Assembly (NCBI GenBank): GCA_016839515.1
Contig: JAEOUE010000085.1
Location: forward strand, 1-13,468
Reading direction: 5' to 3'
DNA from: Candidatus Hodarchaeum mangrovi
GTDB lineage: Archaea; Asgardarchaeota; Heimdallarchaeia; Hodarchaeales; Hodarchaeaceae
DNA: 13,468 nt
Shown here piece after piece: positions 8,206 to 13,468 of this stretch. The position numbers and the translations under genes are program-made. Below the pieces are notes generated by a model, which was not told the origin of the DNA, did no database searches, and was given only the letters and a program-made list of their open reading frames with translations. Positions within the stretch are counted from its first letter, which is position 1. The number at the start of each line of letters is the position of its first letter.

Positions 8206-8898
8206 ATGGTAAAATGGAAGCAATTCGTTTTGAATTTGATATTAATTCTCTTCATTATTGTTTCCAATATTTCAGTTGTTCAAGCAGATTATGTGGTTGT
8301 TGATTGGGGAGATGTTATAAAGATTAAAAGCATATTAAATTATCGAAAACCTGGTGATCAAGCTCCTTTCTTCTTTAGTGATACGCATATTGAATTGTAT
8401 CTAGGAGAAAACCCTCCTAAGGAATTAAATGACTCATATGATCGATTATTAACAATGTTCCAAGCTTTTCGTGAAAAGGTAATTGGGATGAGAGAAGGAC
8501 AAACACGTGAATTTACCCTCAGCTATATAGATGCAGGAATTACAAATCAATCTAGTATTCTTTATAATGCAGATTTAATCTATAGTGTACTTTTCGAGGA
8601 AATGTTATATGATGCAGCTTATGATCCGAAATTCGAGTTAACACTAACACATCCATTGGTTCTATTTCCATCATTAGTTTTACTGTTCGGATCAGTTTTT
8701 TTAATTGCCAATGGATATCATAAGCCACTAATAGAAAGGCTTATGCGAACTGGATCTTCAAAATGTCACAATTGTTCTAATCCAACTAACCTAATATGTG
8801 GTAATCCAAGTTGTAGAAAATTTGTATGCAGTAACTGTTTTTCTAAGCAAGGATGTCCATCTTGTCATGGAAATAAACTTATAGAACGGAAGAAATGA
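8206..8898 (+). CDS. Type I membrane protein: signal peptide, FKBP-type PPIase-like domain, TM, cytoplasmic 8-Cys RING-like zinc finger
   Basis: Signal peptide ending VVQA. FKBP-like motifs GDVIKI, IELYLG, FREKVIGMREGQTREFTL..AG and LYNADLIYSV. TM about aa 151-169. Cys at 187, 190, 198, 203, 208, 211, 217 and 220. SD GAGGT. Confidence 0.8.
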   Translation: MVKWKQFVLNLILILFIIVSNISVVQADYVVVDWGDVIKIKSILNYRKPGDQAPFFFSDTHIELYLGENPPKELNDSYDRLLTMFQAFREKVIGMREGQTREFTLSYIDAGITNQSSILYNADLIYSVLFEEMLYDAAYDPKFELTLTHPLVLFPSLVLLFGSVFLIANGYHKPLIERLMRTGSSKCHNCSNPTNLICGNPSCRKFVCSNCFSKQGCPSCHGNKLIERKK

Positions 8899-8953
8899 AG
8901 CAAATCACAATCTCACTAAAAAAGAGTGGGTATATTACGTAAAATGCTAATTC

Positions 8954-8977
8954 TATTTCTCACTTTTTTGAGAAATA
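8954..8977. terminator. Hairpin TATTTCTCA-N6-TGAGAAATA downstream of the FKBP-like gene
   Basis: Perfect 9-bp stem with a T-rich loop about 55 nt after the stop. Could be a terminator or a protein-binding site. Confidence 0.4.
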
Positions 8978-9100
8978 AGATTTAAATTTATAAAATTTTG
9001 TATCAATTCGTTTCTAATGATTAAAAGCTATTTTTGTCAAGGTAATGTTAGTACACGCTGTTTAGTGCCACTAGAAATGAAATTCTAAATGCACTGTTAA

Positions 9101-9114
9101 TAAAACTTAAAAAT
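9101..9114 (+). promoter_or_regulatory. Candidate archaeal BRE/TATA promoter of the SBP gene
   Basis: TAAAA followed by CTTAAAAA about 90 nt upstream of ATG 9202. SD GAGGT near 9189. Confidence 0.4.
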
Positions 9115-9201
9115 CATCTATGTCTTTCAAGATGAATGTAGGAATGACTAATAACAAATTTTAGCTTCCTATTATTCGAAATTATTTAGAGGTTTTATGC
9201 T

Positions 9202-11331
9202 ATGAAAAAGAAAAACTTAGTTTTCGCTCTGGTTTTCGTAGCTTTCTTCCTTCCATTGTATATAAGTGCGGTCCAAGCAAAACCTGCCGCTGTTGAGCCT
9301 CTGATTAAGGTGCATGCGATTGCACCTACAAATAACCCTCAACGAGCCATGTACGCACAGCTAATGGAACAAGAACTACCGAAAATCGGATTTGAAATAG
9401 AACTAGATCTAATTAGTTGGCCTGCAATTCTTCAACGTGCTGCGACCACTGAAGTTGGTGTTTATGCAGAAGGTGGTTATGATATTGCACACTTCGGAAT
9501 GTCATTAGGTACCCCTGCAGGACATCCAGGAGAATCAATGAACATTGTATACCACTCTGATGCTGTTCCACCCAACGGATTCAACTGTATGTATTGGTCA
9601 GTAAGGCCAGGACATAATAACCTTCGTGCTGCTGAATCAGACCAATTGATTGAAGATATCAATTCAGAACTTAACCAAACAGAATCACGTGAATTGTTAC
9701 TTGAATGGCAGGAAATCTTTTTTGATGTCATGCCAAATATCATGGTTTATAACCTAATGGAAGTTCATGCTGTTTCAAAAGGTATTTCTGGTTATGATCC
9801 TGTAGCTCCTGCATTATATTCGATTGAAGATATCCGAATGGACGCAGCTACTTATACTGGTACAGCTGGAACAGTAGTCCTAGGTTCTTCCGCTCCTCCA
9901 ACAAACTTCCTCAATATGATTATAAACGATGTGTATTCTCAATATACGGTTGGGCCAGCATTGGACGCGCTAGTGGGTCTTACTCCTTCAATTGACGTCA
10001 TTCTCCCTTCAGGAACAACTTATGACGATTATATGTTAGCTAATTATGGTACAACAAGTCCACTCCAAAACTATCCACGAATCGCCACTGATCTTGGGTC
10101 TTATAGTGAAGATGGTCTTAATTTCACCGTATCTCTAAGAGACGATGCTTATTGGCACGACGGCCATAAAGTAGACGCTTGGGATGTAGCATTTACTTAT
10201 CAAGCAATTCTTACACCCGATGTAGGAGCTGATGAATATTCAGGCTTAAGCTTTGCTCTCGGAGATGATGATAAAGCCAATCATCATGGTAACTATTCCT
10301 TCCAGGTTAAAGATCTTGATAGTGATGGTCACGATGAAACCATTAGTATTATCTTTGATGTAACATATGCACCATACTTAACAGACTATTTCGGATATTC
10401 TCTCCATCCTGAACATATTCTTGGTGATCCAACCAATCATGGTTTTGATCCAGGTACTGGGGATTTTGATCCTAATAATCAATGGTTAGTTGCTCCCGCT
10501 GACTGGAGTTCACACTCATATAACACAGCTGATCCAAATGATCCAGGTGGTTTGAAAGGACCCATTGGATGTGGTTCAATGGTCTTTTATGATTATGATA
10601 CAACAAACAGTTGGGTTACATTGAAAAAATTCGAAAATATTAAATGGGATCATGGTACAGGAGCATGGCTTGAAGGAGAAGTGGCTTCTGGAGGACTTTC
10701 TCATTATCTGGTAGAGGCTGGCGAACTAGATGACATGGCAGATGTTGCTAAAGTTGTTCCAGCTACATTTGATGCAGCCCTAGCCGAAATGAAAGCCGGA
10801 GATGTAAACATATTAGATCATCAATATAGTATGGGAAACGTATTCGATGAACTTCAAGCAGAACCGACTATTGTTACTGCTCAAACCCCGGCGACTGGTT
10901 GGCAATGCATTTATCCAAATCCAAAGCATCCTGATCTTGCAAAGAAAGGTGTTCGTCACGCAATTTCTCATGTAGTTCCACGTGATGATATTGTGAACTA
11001 TCTATTTGATGGGCTTGCATTCCGTGGATACACCCCTGTACCCATTACTGGATGGGGCGCTATGGCTCCAGATGATTGGGTTACAATGAAGAAGACTATT
11101 GCTGCCACAAATGGTTCTCTTCTCCTAGCTAACGAAGTAACATACTATGACTCCTATGATGTCGAATTAGCTTTAGATTGGCTTGAAACTGAAGGCTATG
11201 ATGTTGGACCATGGAGAGAAGGCGGCGCAGGATTAACAGAACCTTCTGGAGCTATCCCTGGTTTCGAGATAAGTGTTGCCATTTTCGCAATAATAGGTTC
11301 AACCTTCATCATAAAGAAACGAAGAAGATAA
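9202..11331 (+). CDS. Family 5 (OppA/DppA/NikA) ABC solute-binding protein, circularly permuted, with PGF-CTERM-type anchor
   Basis: Signal peptide (AVQA). SBP5 motifs SEDGLNFTVSLRDDAYWHDGHKVDAWDVAFTY, PIGCGS, VRHAISHVVPRDDIV, YDVELALDWLETEGY and AQLMEQELPKIGFEIEL. C-terminus IPGFE-ISVAIFAIIGSTFII-KKRRR. Confidence 0.93.
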   Translation: MKKKNLVFALVFVAFFLPLYISAVQAKPAAVEPLIKVHAIAPTNNPQRAMYAQLMEQELPKIGFEIELDLISWPAILQRAATTEVGVYAEGGYDIAHFGMSLGTPAGHPGESMNIVYHSDAVPPNGFNCMYWSVRPGHNNLRAAESDQLIEDINSELNQTESRELLLEWQEIFFDVMPNIMVYNLMEVHAVSKGISGYDPVAPALYSIEDIRMDAATYTGTAGTVVLGSSAPPTNFLNMIINDVYSQYTVGPALDALVGLTPSIDVILPSGTTYDDYMLANYGTTSPLQNYPRIATDLGSYSEDGLNFTVSLRDDAYWHDGHKVDAWDVAFTYQAILTPDVGADEYSGLSFALGDDDKANHHGNYSFQVKDLDSDGHDETISIIFDVTYAPYLTDYFGYSLHPEHILGDPTNHGFDPGTGDFDPNNQWLVAPADWSSHSYNTADPNDPGGLKGPIGCGSMVFYDYDTTNSWVTLKKFENIKWDHGTGAWLEGEVASGGLSHYLVEAGELDDMADVAKVVPATFDAALAEMKAGDVNILDHQYSMGNVFDELQAEPTIVTAQTPATGWQCIYPNPKHPDLAKKGVRHAISHVVPRDDIVNYLFDGLAFRGYTPVPITGWGAMAPDDWVTMKKTIAATNGSLLLANEVTYYDSYDVELALDWLETEGYDVGPWREGGAGLTEPSGAIPGFEISVAIFAIIGSTFIIKKRRR

Positions 11332-11384
11332 ACGGAATATCTGAATGAAGAAATCCCGTTTCTTTCTTCCTCCTCTTTTTTTTT
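11330..11384 (+). terminator. Hairpin plus pyrimidine/T9 tract terminator
   Basis: AAACGGAATATC/GAAATCCCGTTT imperfect stem at 11330-11361, followed by a pyrimidine run and T9 at 11376-11384. Confidence 0.65.
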
Positions 11385-11722
11385 ACAAACAATAAAACAT
11401 CTTTTTTGCTAATTAGACTCCTTATTCCGGATAATTGTACTAAAGGCCTGTTAAATGGCCGCAGTTAATGAAATTATTAGGTTTATTAAAAGAATTCAAT
11501 AGAGTAAGGAAAAAAGATACGATATAAGAGCTGCAAATAACGTTTTTTTGCTTTTTTTTATGAAAGAACATTACTCAAACTTTTCTTTCTATGAGAAAAA
11601 GTACTGTTTTATCTAATTTTTAGTGCTAAAAGAAAGGTTCAAAAAGTGTTTGAAAACTATGAAAATAGTGTGAAGAATTTATTATGGAAAGCAAACTATT
11701 CTATAATTAGCTTCTTCATTAA

Positions 11723-11745
11723 AATTCTATTAATAGAATTGGAGG
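11723..11745 (+). promoter_or_regulatory. Perfect 18-bp palindrome AATTCTATTAATAGAATT abutting SD GGAGG
   Basis: Palindrome at 11723-11740, SD at 11741-11745, ATG at 11756. TATA-like TTTATTAT near 11678 is preceded by purine-rich GAAGAA. Confidence 0.5.
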
Positions 11746-11755
11746 ATATTTTAAT

Positions 11756-12634
11756 ATGAATAAGAAGATTTTATTTGGAGTCAGCCTTTTGACTCTTGTT
11801 ATTCTGTTACAAAGTATACCAGCCTCCGGTGCTGTTACAGTAGTATCCGTTAAATGGCATGCAGCAGTCAAGAAAGATGCTGTTTATTCATGGAATATTG
11901 ACACGGTTAACGCATCTGGTGCAACTACATGGGACTGGGGCTGGGCTAATAATGTTACTTTAAAACAGGGTGATAAAATCACTCTGAAATGGACCGCTAA
12001 TCCCAATGAAGCAACTGCAATACCTACTCTCGGCCCAGTTAACTATACAGGAATAGAAACAACAGTTGGAACTCATAAAATGAATTTCACAGCAGGTGAA
12101 ACCACTTTCAACTTCTTACAATTTCCTGTGTACGTCCGTAATGATCCCACAGGTCTTAATGTACTTGAAGCAGGTCTTAATTCAATAGAACGATTATGGA
12201 TTAACAGCTTCGGTTTACCGACTGGGGCATCATCCTTCGATCGTCGCTGGAGCATTGGAAGTCATGGCGCTACTTTATTAAACACAGGAGAAAATGGAAC
12301 TAAAGGAGATACAATTAAAGGCGAAATTAGTGGTGGTACACCTTCACAACATTATGTATTTGATATTGAATATGATGTTGTTACAGGATTTGTTACTTCC
12401 CTCAAATACCCCTCTGTTGGAAATCCAGCTGATCCAACAATTCCAATTGCAAATAGTACATTTGGGATTGTCTCAGGCCTTGATGAACTCGTTATCACAT
12501 TCGATGGTGATATGAAAGACGTCTATGCAGAAGGAGATTGGGGTAAAGCCAAAAGTACTCCAGGTTTTGAAGCTACTATTATCATGATTACATTAGTAGT
12601 ATTTGGAGCTCTTTTGCGAAAAAGAAAAGAATAA
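11756..12634 (+). CDS. Secreted beta-rich surface glycoprotein with PGF-CTERM-type sorting signal, function unknown
   Basis: Signal peptide MNKKILFGVSLLTLVILLQSIPASG. Six N-x-S/T sequons. C-terminus STPGFE-ATIIMITLVVFGALL-RKRKE. Strong SD. Confidence 0.88.
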   Translation: MNKKILFGVSLLTLVILLQSIPASGAVTVVSVKWHAAVKKDAVYSWNIDTVNASGATTWDWGWANNVTLKQGDKITLKWTANPNEATAIPTLGPVNYTGIETTVGTHKMNFTAGETTFNFLQFPVYVRNDPTGLNVLEAGLNSIERLWINSFGLPTGASSFDRRWSIGSHGATLLNTGENGTKGDTIKGEISGGTPSQHYVFDIEYDVVTGFVTSLKYPSVGNPADPTIPIANSTFGIVSGLDELVITFDGDMKDVYAEGDWGKAKSTPGFEATIIMITLVVFGALLRKRKE

Positions 12635-12636
12635 CC

Positions 12637-12702
12637 AATTTTTAAATCCCTTTAAAAATTGAAAATAAGACCTCTAATGGTTTTATTTTTCAATCTTTTT
12701 TT
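12637..12702 (+). terminator. Tandem hairpins plus T-tract terminator
   Basis: AATTTTTAAA-TCCC-TTTAAAAATT (12637-12660), then ATTGAAAATAAGACC/GGTTTTATTTTTCAAT (12658-12694), then T7. Confidence 0.65.
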
Positions 12703-12734
12703 AATTCTTATTCTTTTTTACGATGTGCTAATAA

Positions 12735-13337
12735 ATGTCTTTTATTAATAATTTACCATTATCAAAGGCAATTATTGCTGATCTTGAAAATTTTAAAACA
12801 AATCAAGAAAATTTCTTATGGAATGGTCAAGACGATCCCTTGCCCTCCCTTAGTGAGAATGTGATGTTTTATACAGAAGAGATTTATGCAATGTATGATG
12901 CACAAAAAATTATGAATGGGAAATTGATTTGGACCACTGAAAGAACCCTTTTATATGGAACTGAAGTACGCAAGACAGTTGTTGCAGACACGATTTCACG
13001 AGAATATGAAACTATTCGGGGTTTATCACGATCAGACAAACTTGAGGCTCCTAAAATTTTAGGTTGGTCAATTCAACATACAGATATTACCTGTATAGAA
13101 ATAATTAAGCTTGGAGAACGATATTCTATTTATTTCTTTCAGAATGATATAAGAAGATTTGTTGTAAATGATTTACTTCAATCACAGATGGAAATTGTAA
13201 GCAATTTTCTGAAAAATAGAAATGTTAAAACAATTTATGATCAGTTTAATCTACCACTGAGAGACATTTTTCTTTTCTTTTGTGGTGGACTATTTATTTT
13301 TGCAGTTGGATTAATTTTAATTGCTCTTATTTTTTAG
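12735..13337 (+). CDS. Tail-anchored protein with PH-like (GRAM/GLUE/bPH-type) domain
   Basis: ENVMFY..IYAMYD..NGKLIWTTERTLLY...WSIQHTDITCIEI matches the 'E.v......G.L.lT..Rl.f...sI....I..ie' PH-like pattern. No signal peptide. A single TM (aa 178-200) ends at the C-terminus. Confidence 0.65.
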   Translation: MSFINNLPLSKAIIADLENFKTNQENFLWNGQDDPLPSLSENVMFYTEEIYAMYDAQKIMNGKLIWTTERTLLYGTEVRKTVVADTISREYETIRGLSRSDKLEAPKILGWSIQHTDITCIEIIKLGERYSIYFFQNDIRRFVVNDLLQSQMEIVSNFLKNRNVKTIYDQFNLPLRDIFLFFCGGLFIFAVGLILIALIF

Positions 13338-13351
13338 CATTATTCAAAATT

Positions 13352-13468
13352 CTAGAACAACACAGTTATGAAAGATAATACAATTAGAAAAGCTCCTGCA
13401 ACAATATCCTCTCCAGCTTTACCAAAACCATAAAAATAAGCCCTTTTTGATGAGCTCAAATAATCTGA
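13352..13468 (-). CDS. 3' end of an unidentified membrane protein (partial)
   Basis: Open frame SDYLSSSKRAYFYGFGKAGEDIVAGAFLIVLSFITVLF* ending in a hydrophobic helix, convergent with 12735-13337. Confidence 0.55.
   Translation of the reverse strand, partial: SDYLSSSKRAYFYGFGKAGEDIVAGAFLIVLSFITVLF

Noticed and set aside
11330-11361. SECIS-like element (contains ATGAA..GA)
   Set aside because: The motif lies in a short loop, no gene here has an in-frame UGA, and the stem plus T-tract is better explained as a terminator.
9477-12515. ORFs 9477-9743 (-), 12073-12255 (-) and 12294-12515 (+)
   Set aside because: Nested within strong genes on the antisense strand or in an alternative frame.
1-13468. 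CRISPR array, tRNA/rRNA, transposase or integrase
   Set aside because: I saw no regularly spaced repeats, cloverleaf-like GC-rich segments or recombinase motifs.

Overview
AT-rich archaeal-style window with GGAGG/GAGGT(GA) ribosome-binding sites, TATA-like boxes, PGF-type C-terminal sorting tails and many N-glycosylation sequons. The gene content best fits an Asgard (Heimdallarchaeia/Hodarchaeales-like) archaeon, which is an inference. Almost every gene concerns the cell envelope. A minus-strand operon encodes an Ig-repeat surface glycoprotein, a short RDD protein, a LolD/MacB-type ABC ATPase and an FtsX-type permease (partial, absent from the ORF track). It is divergent from a ribbon-helix-helix regulator coupled to a stand-alone 7TM protein, with a perfect 15-bp palindrome between them. 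Next come a GDCCVxC Cys-rich protein, a Ste24-like M48 protease and a class I methyltransferase. On the plus strand are a signal peptide-FKBP-TM-8-Cys RING-like protein, a circularly permuted family-5 solute-binding protein with a PGF tail, a second PGF-tail surface protein and a tail-anchored PH/GRAM/GLUE-like protein. The most notable candidates are the FKBP-TM-RING-like protein (possible membrane quality-control receptor/E3, two genes from Ste24), the permuted SBP, the tail-anchored PH-like protein and the RHH/7TM/operator module. All domain calls are by-eye motif recognition; no searches were run.
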